From Curvularia clavata (lineage: Eukaryota): 64,000 nt of DNA. The notes under the pieces were generated by a model. The model ran no database searches, was not told the origin of the DNA, and was given only the letters and a program-made list of their open reading frames with translations. Position numbers and translations under genes: made by a program. The stretch spans positions 1,426,001 to 1,490,000 of the forward strand of contig CP089277.1 in assembly GCA_023920165.1 (NCBI GenBank). The letters run 5' to 3'. Below are positions 24,211-36,259 of the stretch, piece after piece. How positions within the stretch are numbered: position 1 is the stretch's first letter; every line of letters starts with the position of its first letter.

Positions 24211-24749
24211 TTACTCCTCATCGCCGTACAGGGCACGACCGGTCTTGGAGTTGAGGAACTCGTTCCTAACCGCATTGTCAGCCTCTCAGTCTCCGTTGCG
24301 TTCTGTCCCATCCATTCCCTTGTCATTCCATATCTCATCCCAGTATCATGTACTCACCTCTCGATTGCCCACTGCATAGCTCCATATCCAAGGATAAGCG
24401 GGGGAACGAAGTAGAGGACCTGGTTCTTGGATCGGCGCACAACGTTCCAGAAGCCCTTGCTGAGGAACTGGGCCATGGGGCGCTGTCGGTTAGGGCTCAG
24501 AGCGTAGGTCACGATGCCCTTGCCTGGTCGGCCACCACCCTCATAGGGGTTACCCCATGAGCCGATGTGCCATCTATACCACCGTCAGCATGTATTCCAT
24601 CCTGGTCAACCGAGCACACGTTCGCCATCTATGCAGCGCAATTTGGGGCGCGGGATCTTTCGAAGGGGGGTGCGGGCGCTGTCGCATGCGGGGAGGGTCG
24701 GGACATACGTGGTCTTGGTCTTTGCCTGGGATTCGGGTCCGAGAGCCAT
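24211..24749 (-). CDS. QCR8: Ubiquinol-cytochrome c reductase subunit 8; exons 24749-24709, 24573-24358, 24265-24211 (103 aa)
   Basis: Hand translation gives ...IGSWGN...KGIVTYALSPNRQRPMA...VVRRSKNQVLYFVPPLILGYGAMQWAIERNEFLNSKTGRALYGDEE*. Splice phases are consistent. Not represented in the ORF track. Confidence 0.93.
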
Positions 24750-25241
24750 TGTGGAGATGTCAGGTGTAGGTGTGGACGTGCAATGGGATGGGCTGTCGGT
24801 CCTGACGATGCTGCTAGAAAGCTGCAATCCGAGCTGCGATGCCAAGCCCTTTTGCTACGCTAGTGCCTAACAGGGGAAAGCCCAACATAAGAGAATCAGC
24901 GGGATGCTATTGGTCAGTCCTTGCACACCCCATTGGCTTCTAGTAACGATGCTAGGGCAGCGGCTCAGAATCACAAAATGGCTAATGATTGATCTGAAAA
25001 GAATTGATCTACTCTCACCTTTTTACCCAAAGTCATGGGAATGGAGAAACATGGGCTGGAGTGAAGGAAAGAGCATGTTTTACTCGAAGTAGAATCTTAA
25101 TAGACTTCACATGTCAGAATGGCACTGAGGAAAGTTATAGATCTCAGGGCATTTATTGTTTCGCTGCGTACAATGTGTCAACGACCAGCGTTACACTCTT
25201 AATTTAATCCCAAGTAACCAGCTATTCCTACATCCAAATCG

Positions 25242-25899
25242 CTAAGAAGACACGATAATATCTTCATTCATAATAATCCCATAGGCAATGCTCTGACTCA
25301 ACCTTTGTGGGCAATTTTGAAAGTCTTGATAGAGCGTCGCATTGTAAAAGTTGCACATGTCTTGGATAATGGGACGAGCCTTGTCCAAGTCTTCCGCAGT
25401 GCAATGACCCTTACTGCCAGTTTCTGAAGGGAACACACAAGGTTGGATCGACTTTATGGCGTTAGCTTGGAAATGTAATAAGAACAGAGGGTGTTAAGCA
25501 GCTGGAAGGCGTATACCTTGGAATATTTGGAGGAATTGACGCAGTGGCATACGAAATCCTCAGGTGCACAGCCGTCCGCCTGATTGGCCTTCAGCTGACA
25601 CTCGTATACACATTTGGGGAGCCAGCTGCTTAGCTTCTTGTTACTCCTAGTCCCTCATGTCAGCTGATTTCCGTTTTCCAATAGCTTTTCCTCCTAGATT
25701 TAAGGTCTTCTCGCTCTCTTTGTACAATCCATTAAGACAACATGGAGAAATCATGAACAACTTCAAGGTTTTGAGACACGTACAGGCAACGGTACTTATC
25801 GCGATTGCCTGGAACAGTAGCTTGCGTGATGTTGTATGTGAGCTGAGCGCAAGCGATGGCCAAGATCGAAAACAGAGCGGCGATTTGAGCGAAACGCAT
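25242..25899 (-). CDS. Small secreted CFEM-domain protein (about 151 aa); exons 25899-25784, 25646-25517, 25451-25242
   Basis: Signal peptide MRFAQIAALFSILAIACAQ. Cys pattern LPKCVYEC...DGCAPEDFVCHC...IQPCV...HCT...DMC. Phases are consistent; the second acceptor is AAG. Confidence 0.82.
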
Positions 25900-27628
25900 G
25901 GTTATAAAGGACTTCCGAGTACAGAGTGTGAAGGAAACAATGGTGCGAGTCTTGATAATTGGGTTGTTGGTAGTTTAATTGGTTTCCTTGCCCTTGGGAG
26001 CAACCACCTTATGTACCAGATGTAGTGTTGATCCTTTTTCCCCTAATGCAGGCCTGTGGTGGGAGAAGACACGACATGCCCATGTCCTCATCATGCCATT
26101 CTAGAATTCTAAGCAGAATACCCATGTTCGTAAGAACTAATTCTTGAATCAAATCTCAGGGCGAATATGTCTCCGAACTGCTCGCCTCGACGAAACTTTC
26201 CGCATCTTGGCCCTTTGGCCTCCCCTCGATCCGGAATGTTTGTCATTGCACTACCAGACTTTACCTCACCAGGTATAGCGCCTGGACTCAGCCCAGTACC
26301 GGCGGACCCACCATATCATTATCTTCCTGCGACTGTTTGATTTCTTGTCTCTCTTTGCTATGGCTCAATGTGCTACCTAAACAGCCATGATGATTCGCGG
26401 CACTGCCGTTGCGTGCTAAGACAAAAACCGACTCATTTGCAGCAGTGTTGAAACAGAAGCAAATTTGTATACGCACTATTTCAGATTGCCGAGAAAACAA
26501 TTTTTGAAAACTAAGTTTCTCAGAACCTTCCGCTGTTCTATAACCCAATATATTCTCGAGTATATTTGGTCGGTGAATAAGGAAATACTTCAAGACCTTA
26601 TCACTTATTGCATGCTGTGGCTCTCCGAAATGAAATACAACCACTGGGCGAAAAGGGGGCTTTTTTTGAGGAATACCAAAGCACGTTTACTAATAAATGT
26701 GTTTTTAGCATCATGAATGAAGAAAAGAAGAGATGGTAGAATGCCCATATAATGAGAGACAAGGCGAGCAGGGTACCAAAGAGCGCAATGGCAACATGTC
26801 CAGTAAAGGGTCTGCATCAGGCAATGAAACGCCTTGTGAGACGATTTCCTATAGCGCTCGTGTGTAAATATCTATTGTACATGATACCCGTGCGCCAGAT
26901 TCTTGCTGTTAGTAATGGCCCTGCGTCCAAACCCAAAATACCATACTTGGACCTCGATATTTGAAAGTAATCTCTAAGTTCGAGATTTCGACCCCTTTAC
27001 AGACTTACCTCAATAAATTCAATGAGTTTGAATGTTTAGCCCAAGCGCCTATTCATTTCTTTTCAACTTTGATGCCTACTTTGAAACATTACTTGCTTCT
27101 TGTACCGAAAACCCCGCACGTCCCTATCGAATACTGCCAAACCTATGATTTTCTATCTTGCGACATTTGTGACATGTTTTTCTTCCAATAGCTGAGCCCG
27201 CCTTGAAATACATAGCTTTGTGCTGATACTTTCGCAATGCTTTACTGTTTCGTTTAACACTTCTCCTTTCCCCCATCGCACTGTATTTCAAGTGATGAGA
27301 ATTCGATCTGAGAACGTCCATTCTTATAAGCAACGAATCGACCTTAACAAATGCTTCTGAAATTGTTGAGCATTACCTATAGCGCCGTTTTGCAGTAAGC
27401 TCAATACCCGCAAACCGAACTTAGTACTAATGATCTTGCCATTGACTGTGGGGTTATGGGGATTTATCATGCATATGGAACACAGATTGCAAGTGCATAC
27501 ATGTGTTCAAAATAGGAGCAATATCGGCGAACACAAAATAGAATCAATAGGAAACCCCCACTCCCCCGAAAGATGAATACTTCTTCTACCTTGTTTTCAA
27601 GATATTCCAGTATAACGAACAGTACATC

Positions 27629-28253
27629 TCAGTGTGCGCTTAAGCTCCTCAATAGCCTTAAATCACTCGTTTCATTAGCTTTCACTCGCGATCTGACATC
27701 ATAAATACGAGGATTTTGGTATGCCACCTTTCTTAATGTAATGCGCCTTCTTTGTTCCCGTTCAAAGTGTTTACAGGATTTTTCTCCGATGCTACAAAGT
27801 TGCTACGAGCTTGTAGTCTCAATTTCTTCTTCTTGTGGGCTCGAAACCTATTCATTTAGCATTTGGCGCATCACCTTGGCAGAGCAAAAAGGTACACACC
27901 AGAATACGAGCAAAGTGATGATGATTATGCCACCAATTAATCCACCTACTGCAGTACCAACGGTATATCCTGTTCTTGGGCTCAGTGAATGTACAAGCGA
28001 ACTATCAGTCTTTGGAAGTACCGGTTGGAAACCCACTGCCTGCACTGCCTGGAGCGCCGCTAGAAGATCCAGAACCATTCCCAATTTTACTCGTACTTGC
28101 CGGCTCTGACGTGGATGTTAATGTTGATGTTGATTTTGACGGTTGTATCGTGATGAAGAACGTCGATGGAAATGCGCCGATATCCAGGCTGCTCGAATCA
28201 AATTCGCTGAGGATGAACCCAGTTTGAGACGGCGTTGTCGAGGCATCGTCAAT
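27629..28253 (-). pseudogene. Disrupted Ser/Thr-rich type I membrane protein gene (Mid2-like architecture)
   Basis: After a CTGAC...TAG acceptor, a Ser/Thr/Gly-rich frame ends at 28005. The TM helix (VGTAVGGLIGGIIIITLLVFW) lies in another frame, which then contains two in-frame TAG stops. Confidence 0.55.
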
Positions 28254-28649
28254 CTACATCGTCAGTCTTAACGCTCTTCAAGATACATGGTAGTCTCACA
28301 AACTGAGCTGACGTCGTGATCAATAGGACCAATATGTGTACAAAAATGCACAGCATCATTCTCTGTCTAGTGTTTCAATCGCTGTAACATTCAGCTACTT
28401 CCTAGACGCTGGATGCTGTCCGGATAAGTAAACAGCGCTCTATTTTAGATACATGTTCAGCCGCACTTTGGCGTCAAGCCCGCTCTACCTACATCCGGAA
28501 ATGTGAAACGAACGGAGGGGCTCAGCGCGACCACGAGGCGTTCTTCAGCCTCGAAATCACTCTGTAAACCTTATCTGAGGAAGACTTTCTCAGCTCTACG
28601 CTCTCTGCGTTCTTGAAGTCTCTCCCTCCCACTGCGAAAAACCCAAAAC

Positions 28650-29896
28650 ATGAACGACACCGACTGTATCACGCTGTCGTCCCGAAAGGACTTCACGAGT
28701 TACATCAACCTCCTCCGGAACCTCACAAACGGCGATTTCAGCCAAGTCAGTAGCTGCAGGCGCGAGGTATGCGGTGCGCTCTGGGGCAGTGGCAATCCCG
28801 ATATCAGTGGCATTGGGCTGGCAATTGGGTACTTATCCGAAAGCGTCATTTGTGCTGGCTTGATATTTTTTTCCGTATATCTGGCGGCAAAGAGGAAGAA
28901 GAGGAGAAGCAAGAGTAAGGTCCCGAGGTTACTGCTTGCAAGCGCGGCAGAGAAATTTTACGACAGTGCAGTGTTTTTCTGCTTTGCTATTCAGGCAGCC
29001 AGTATTGTTACACTGACCAGAGCGGACTTTGGTATCAGTGCTGATGGAATGGGAGCTTTCACTCTGGAGATTGCTTGGTTGGTATCTTCTCTTACTCTCT
29101 TGCCTCTAACACCGCTTGTAATGCGACCCGAGATGTTTGTCGAAGACGAAGACACTGTCGAGTCCATAAACCATCCTACCGATCGTGCTAGCATAGCTAT
29201 CGAAGACCACCAGAGCAACTCGACTAGATGTAACGGTGGGGATGGCAATGCGCTCAGAGAAGCACGCAAAGGACAACGTTTTCTCTCCATCGTTGTATGC
29301 TGGGCTATGGGTTTCGGGCCCTTTTTCTCCCGTATGGGAGGCACCTTCGGTGAGTTGCGGACTCGGAAGTGAAAGCAAAATTAGGCTAAGTTGATGTAGG
29401 TGAGAGTCGTATTGGGAACACCCCGGATACCGTAATATCAGTGACGGAATGGAATACTATCGCAAATGCCTGCTTCCAGGATGTGCATACATTAAGCTCA
29501 CAGGAGCGGAGTCTCATCACGTCATTTGGCATCATCAGCTACCTGCTTTTGTCCGTCGTGATCATCTCGAAGATCACGGTATCTATCGTTGATGGTAGCA
29601 GTGATATTGAACTTCCCTGGTTACGAATACTCAGCTTCGAGCCCAAGGAAAACGAGCGCCTTGGCTTGTATGCGAGAAGTCTTCTTGAATTCATCATAAT
29701 GATAACTCTAGTAATTCAATTTTGGGCGTTCTTTCGGATGCGAGATGTCCAGAGCGTTATGGTGAGAGCAATGGGAGAAAGCTTCTCTGATGGTCAGTGG
29801 ACTTTCGGACAAATTGTTGCTGTACTGGTATTTGTTCCCGTTGCTGTAGAGGTAGTGTTTGTTTGGAGGAAAGGGCTTACTGCAGGCATCTGCTAG
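28650..29896 (+). CDS. Uncharacterised multi-pass membrane protein; intron 29350-29399
   Basis: The GTGAGT...TAG intron joins two ORFs in frame. Several hydrophobic helices; NPDISGIG near the N-terminus and QWTFGQIVA near the C-terminus, typical of a fungal family of unknown function. Confidence 0.8.
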
Positions 29897-30304
29897 GTAG
29901 ATAAACCAACATCGACATCTTTCTGCTTCTGACTTGGATACTTGTATCGTGCATGTGACCGCTGTTGTAAATTTACTACATAATCTTTTGTTTCTTTAAC
30001 TGTTCTGATTCGGGTCAGGACCATTGGAGGCAGCCCTTGTGGACAGGATATACTGATGCTGACTCTCAAAGCTTTAGGTGGTCAGTTACACTGTGACGCG
30101 CGTCGCCCAATTGTTAGGTACATAGGTGGGTAAGTATATGCACCAATCAAAAGGGCCTTTTGCGATCTGTTGCATCGACCACGCCGCACAAGAAGACGAA
30201 TCTTACTGCATCCTGCAACTCCACTCACTGTGCGTTTATTCTGCTCACCTACCTTTTCAATACCTCCAACAACAAACTGTTGAATTCCCCACTGTGCAAG
30301 TACA

Positions 30305-30801
30305 ATGTCACAGTACACGCTATCGATTGGGGTTGATGGAGATGGAGAAGATCCAAATCACCGTTCACATTGGGGGTTTCTCATTTTCGGTCCAGGAAGC
30401 GAGCTTGCAACTCTATTGCATGTATCGTTGATCTCTCTAGAGGGATTGGTCTATCAGTTCGAAACTCGAAGTGATCAGCCACTGACAAATGAGTTTTGGG
30501 AAGGTAGAGTTTTTCTGGGCAACTTTCCGTCTTCGAAATACAATCAGGTGATGAAATTTATATCAGAAGAACCAGCACCCCGAAATAATAAGGTAAGAAT
30601 GTAGTTGCTCTTGTCTGAACATAACTCTAACCACAGTAGGATCGGTGTCAAGACTGGACTCTTGATTGCGTTATAGCACTCGAAGCTGAGGAGTTACTTC
30701 CCGCTGGTACCTCTGCCTTGGTCGCAGACATCGTTGGACTGCCTTCCAAAGCCGTAGCAGAGAAGGCAGGCAGTAAATGGACTGAAGCAACAGGGAATTA
30801 G
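30305..30801 (+). CDS. Small uncharacterised protein (HW...CQDW, DUF6540-like); intron 30593-30639
   Basis: SHWGF and LLHV in exon 1. A GTAAGA...CTAAC..CAGTAG intron leads to DRCQDWTLDCVIALEAEELL...*. Confidence 0.75.
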
Positions 30802-31545
30802 AGATTGTGGTAATTCACTGCGTAGAAACTAGTTCGATTACATTATATCGCGCTATCGGACGAGTCCTTGAGCTTTAATAGTAGATTGTACATTTCGACT
30901 AATAATCTTGGAATCGTGCGATCATACATAGGTTGAGAGTTGATATGATGGAAAGAGAAATGGAAGACTTATAGCTTATGCTCCATAAGCGCCGAAAAAT
31001 TAGCAGCTTCGAGATTTTCGACTTGTGTTCACCTCAGTACATTTTGCATTGATTGGTTACTGTTCGGTTGAGCTTCAACGGCCCGCCGTTCATCCCGAGT
31101 TTTTGGCGCATAAGGTATCAGTGAAATGCTTCAGTGTTGCTACCTCACTGGTGGCAGTCCTGATGCGGAGAGCGCAATTCTCCATGCGAATCAAAGAGTG
31201 CGTGCTATATTCTCATTCCCGTACTGTCCGTTTGCGCAGTGAAACGGAGAGTTTGATATTGCCTAGGGTGGATTCATTATTTGATGCCAGGGAATTGCCA
31301 GATTAGAAGACTCCATTTATAGACACAGAAAACTGCAGATATCGAGGCCATCTAAGGGTGAACAATACTCTTTCCTTAGACACGAGAGATAGATAAAGCA
31401 TTTCATCTATCATTCTTCGCTGTTCCGTTGATTGAATAGTTACTGCGCCGAAAATTTTCAATCCTATACACTATCAGATTGATTTCAGGTTAGGTGAATC
31501 TTCCTCTCCTCCACTTCCCACTGCCTCTCCAGCTCCTTTAGCTCC

Positions 31546-33039
31546 TCATTCTGTTCCTGGCGCGGAAAAGCGGTTCAAGCGAATTGTCAACACCTCCTCA
31601 CAATCCTCCACATCCGCCGGTTTCGCCACATCCCTGCGAATAAACTTCCTCTGCAAGCCAACGTTGAGTGGGAACTCAGTGCGTTTAGGAGCTACACTAC
31701 CATCTATGCGCACACCAGACCAGTGCTTGATACAGTGACCCAGCACCGGTAGCTCAGGCGGAAGTACATACGTATCCTTCCCCAACTTGCCGCGTCGCAC
31801 TTTCTGTTCGGCAAAATCGAGGTATTTTCTTTTAGTGTAGCGGAACTTGACTGAAAGGCTGACATCTCTTTCGAATCTCGTCTCTGGAGTGCCGTCCGCT
31901 CGGAACAAGCCTCCCATGCGCTCCTCTGATGGATTGCGCTCTGGTTTGCGCTTTCTCTTGCGAGGGCCTCGGGGATCGGGGTTGTTACGGTCGTCGAGAG
32001 GGCGGTGCGCGTAGGTGCCGATAAAATGGTTAACGATGGGATCAAGGATAGCGACCCCTCGCGAGTAGAAGCGCCCGATGGTTATTTCCAGGGTATCGAG
32101 ATGGCATTCGGAGAGTTTAGTCTCGGACATTTGCGAGACCAGCGCGTCGATGAGCGGGAGCTGGACGAACTTTGGTAAGCCAAGCTGAAGCATTGCGTTG
32201 TAGAGGTGGATCTTTTCCAGGAGATCATTGGGTATTTCTATTGCCATCGCACCACCCGGTCTCGTGAGGTTTTCTCTCATCTCTTTATTTTGAACCTTAT
32301 TGAATGCTGCTGGCTTGCCGTCTCCAGAATTATTCCTATGCTCTTGATCGTTCATATGCGCTTTTACCTTGTCAACCCACGGGAGAATATATTTTTCAAT
32401 CTCGTCGGCGCGTATGTAAGCCATTTGATCGTCGCTTTGAGCTTTTTCGTGCACTCGCGGGTAAGTGATTGGCAAATGCAATTCGTTTTTGCCAGGATTA
32501 TACAAAAAATAGTCCCTGGCAGTGCTCGAGCACAATATCAAAGTCTCGCGACAAAGGGGGGTCTCTATGGTCCTCTCTTCTTTCTGCTTGAACCCTTTAA
32601 TCCACTGGAAGTCACTCCCCCACCCATCAAATCGCCCGGAATACAGGGTTCGGAAGTTCTGTGGGTCAACAATTATTTGCACATCTTGAGTAGATGCTTG
32701 TCGCTGCGTTTGCTTATACACATCAATCTGATCTGTATACCGTCGCCTTCGGTCACCAGCATCCCTCTTTGCTTCTGTTTCGAGATATCGTTCGTGTTCA
32801 ATTACGACTCTTCCGTCGTCATGATATAGGACCATTCTGACTGTCCAAGTGCTCGTGGTTGAGGCGGATGGAAATTTTGGATTTGGTCTGGAAAATTGCA
32901 AGAGATGTCCCTGAATAGGGTGCTGTGTTAAACAACTTAAAAGTAATGTCCTCATTCTGCTAGTCTTTGTTCTACTAACGTATACATAGACAGGCGCTTT
33001 GCCCAAAGCCGTCAAACTCAATTGGGCAATCCCTTTCAT
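31546..33039 (-). CDS. Uncharacterised lineage-specific protein; possible in-frame intron 32911-32979
   Basis: 497-codon ORF with protein-like composition and a basic NLS-like PRKRKRKP. No family recognised. Confidence 0.65.
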   Translation of the reverse strand: MKGIAQLSLTALGKAPVYVYVSRTKTSRMRTLLLSCLTQHPIQGHLLQFSRPNPKFPSASTTSTWTVRMVLYHDDGRVVIEHERYLETEAKRDAGDRRRRYTDQIDVYKQTQRQASTQDVQIIVDPQNFRTLYSGRFDGWGSDFQWIKGFKQKEERTIETPLCRETLILCSSTARDYFLYNPGKNELHLPITYPRVHEKAQSDDQMAYIRADEIEKYILPWVDKVKAHMNDQEHRNNSGDGKPAAFNKVQNKEMRENLTRPGGAMAIEIPNDLLEKIHLYNAMLQLGLPKFVQLPLIDALVSQMSETKLSECHLDTLEITIGRFYSRGVAILDPIVNHFIGTYAHRPLDDRNNPDPRGPRKRKRKPERNPSEERMGGLFRADGTPETRFERDVSLSVKFRYTKRKYLDFAEQKVRRGKLGKDTYVLPPELPVLGHCIKHWSGVRIDGSVAPKRTEFPLNVGLQRKFIRRDVAKPADVEDCEEVLTIRLNRFSAPGTE

Positions 33040-33275
33040 GGGTGCCAGATTCGGAACAAAGCAAGGATTGTGATAGTGAGCTACAGACCCTGCGACATGG
33101 ATAATGCAACATCAATTATACCTGGTATCATGAGAAATGCGAAGACAATCACGAAATCGATAGAAGTTGAAGACATCTGAGCTGATCAACATGCAAGTAC
33201 TTCGTACTCAAGTTGTCTTCAGCAGCCATCAGCAAAACAAGCTGTTGTTTGTCACCTAGTATATCTGCGACAGCC

Positions 33276-35867
33276 CTATTTCTTTCCTCCACCACAAGCT
33301 CTCTCCAAAGTAAGGAATGCAAAATGTCCACCAACAACCGGCCGGGCAAAGAACCACGGTCCAGGGAAGCCACCATCACCCTCAGTCACGTAGAGATCAG
33401 TAAAGGGTCGATCCGTGACCGTCTCGTTCAACCACAAAGCAACGCGATCCAGTATCTCGGAGCGTACTTTCTTGCTGGCAACAGCTGCAGCCTCAAATTC
33501 CCAGTCTGATTTGGTGTACAAATGGCGGGAGTCGAGAGGCAGTCCGTATTTCTGCATGACGTTTCCATACCACTCGCTTTGCATTGAATAGATGGAGTCC
33601 GGTATGAAGTCCTGGGTTATAGGGGTCCGACCGGAGCTATCTTTGGAGGGTGTCAATGGCCTCTGTGCGTCTTTACCGCCAGATGCGTAATCTGAATTTC
33701 CGATTGTAGACGACGCATTTGTGAAGGTAGGATGGAAACACAGGACCGCATCCGCATACAACGAGTACAGCGTGGTCCAGCTTCCATACCAGTTGTAGGC
33801 GAGTTTGGCATGTGTGCCATCGCGCGAAATAGCAAACTCCTGCCACTTCTTGATGTAAGTGTTGGAAATGTTGCGATACTTCTCTGCATCACCAGGACGG
33901 TCCATGAGATCTGCAATCTCGCTGAAAGCCTTGATGCCGACAATACCCTTCAGTGCAAGATTTGTCTGCAGCGGTAGCCAGCCCGCAAAATCATCGGTGG
34001 AAACTAATTTGGTGGTCAGCCAGCGTCTGAAAAGCCTACGTGTACGTCCTTACGCTGATTATGCGGTTCAAGGGCATCTTCCACAAGATATCCAGTCCAT
34101 TGTTTCCACAGATCGTAGCTCCCTTCGAGCCATTTCTTGGCCTGGTCAACCCCTTTTGTACTTCCACCCCAGACTTCATCAATATAATCAATGCCATCAT
34201 ACGAGCCAATACTGCTAAGACCAAAAATGCTGTCACTAGGCTCCTTCATGTTCCTATCATGGCCAACGGCTGACCATATCGACTGAGCTTCGGCGTGAGA
34301 GCTGTAGCTTAATGAATTGACTAATGCTAGACCCATGATGAGCATGTCACCGCATTCTTCAACCGGCATGTACTCATCCCTGCCATCAGCATGGCCAGTC
34401 AGGTTGGGGAAGTGAGCTCCCAGATCATGCATCGAGTATTTGTTGGGATACTGCCCGCTAAGCTGGTGTTCAAGGAGAGGCTCGAGAAGGTACGCCAGCC
34501 ATCGCGGTTGTGTATAGAGGAAGAAAGGGAACGCTGGAAAGATGACGTCGACGGTTTGGCAATTGCCGTTTGAAGAGATTTCTTTGAGAAAGAGCAATGG
34601 GTTTTCTTTGGTGCCGGAAAAGCTGGTCGCACCCATCACTTGTCGTGCAGACAAGGCCACGATATCGACGTAGTTAGTGGAGCCGGATTCATAGGCGTCA
34701 ATGCGCAGCTGCTCTGAGTAGTTGCTCGCCAGGCTGCTGGCCGTGGCAAAGTCACCATAGTGAAATTGAATAAGCTTGTCTTCGGTGTGGAACCAGGACT
34801 TCCATAGGGGACGCATGAAGGTAAGACCACGAGCAGACGCATACTGTGTTACTGGATCCTGGACATGAGTAAGGGTGAATAGGACGCTGCCACTGGCTTT
34901 CGAAGCAGCACTCGACTTTGCCAGCTTGAAGGACTTCGCGAAAGCAAAAACTGGCTCCTCATCCATAATGGCACGGAAATTGCCATCCACCTTATTTTGA
35001 AGTGTTCCAGTGCGAGCGAACCTCTGACGGAGTAAGGCCGAAGTACCAGACTCATGGTCCACGTCCGCTGGGCCTGTAAAATGCAGCTGACCCCACTCAG
35101 GTTGATCATTTGTTTCGGTGAAGAGCTGTTCAAACTGACGCTTAACCTGCCATGTCTTCAACTTGTCCTTGAGCCCGGGCGCTATGTGCTGGAAAAGGCT
35201 CCATTCTATAAGACTCTCCCTCTTGCCGCTAACCCATTGTCCATTCACATCGACATATATGTTGACATCAACGCTGCCTTCTACGTGTACCGAGAAGTAT
35301 GCTGCTGGGAGGGTCTGTCGTAAAGTTGATGTAGGCGTTATGGGAGAAAGGAAGGACAAGGTGATCTCGACATCTTTTGCTTTGTGGGATTTCTCGGACA
35401 CGTGGAGCGAATACGTGAGGTTCGTAGTGGACGCGTCATATTTGGCGCCTTTGTATACCGGATAAGCTATATTGTAGCTGTACAATCATCGAGTCAGCGT
35501 TGAACATGGCGCATGCGACAAGATTAAACGTGCCGTTTGTCGTCCTTATCCAAAGAATCATGAGGTCTACCCAAGAGTGGAAATACTTGGTTCTCATCAG
35601 GAAGCGATGCAAGCACGCTGAATCCAACCTATACCGAGCTTGTGAGCACGTTGCTTGGAGCAACCGCAGTATGAAAGTCGTAGGGACACATACATCAGCG
35701 CCAGTCCAAAACATGGGCCATTTACTCCAGGGGTCTTCACGCGCATTCTGTAGCCATGTGCTCAGGTATGGGTTGCGTACGATCAACGGAAGCACTGGAG
35801 GCTGGAGAGTCGAAGCCTCGATGACGCTTGCTAGAAGCGCCGCAGCGACTACACTGAGAGAGCGCAT
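33276..35867 (-). CDS. gtaA: Glutaminase A (GtaA-like), secreted; introns 35629-35693, 35478-35533 (GC-AG), 34004-34053
   Basis: Signal peptide, PPVLPLIVRNPYLSTW, FLSPITP, FLKEISSNGNCQTVDV, HDLGAHFPN, MPVEECG, STDDFAG, YGLPLDSRH. Confidence 0.92.
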
Positions 35868-36259
35868 CGGAGCGGCCCGCGCGGAAACAATTACACAAAC
35901 AAAATGGATAACCCGGCTATTGGAACTGTGGAACTATGAAGTTGATGCTATACAATATACAATAGAGTCGAGGTTATGTTGGAGGCTGGAGCTCTCAGCC
36001 GTAGCACGGGAGCTTGGGGTGGCTGCAGTTTGCGGGGTTGTGGAGGAGCCAATGGGCGGCGGGTGCCTTGCATCATGACATGGGTCAGCCATCACCCCAT
36101 GTTTCGTCTGACGCGGCTTGACGTCTCACCTCATTTCATTCTCACACTGCTGGTTACTTGTCAAAGCCAGAAACAAAATGCTTTCCAGCTGACCTATGTG
36201 ATCTCTCACACACGTTTCTTTCAGCAGTGACACCTGACACCTTACTGAATAGTTCACAG

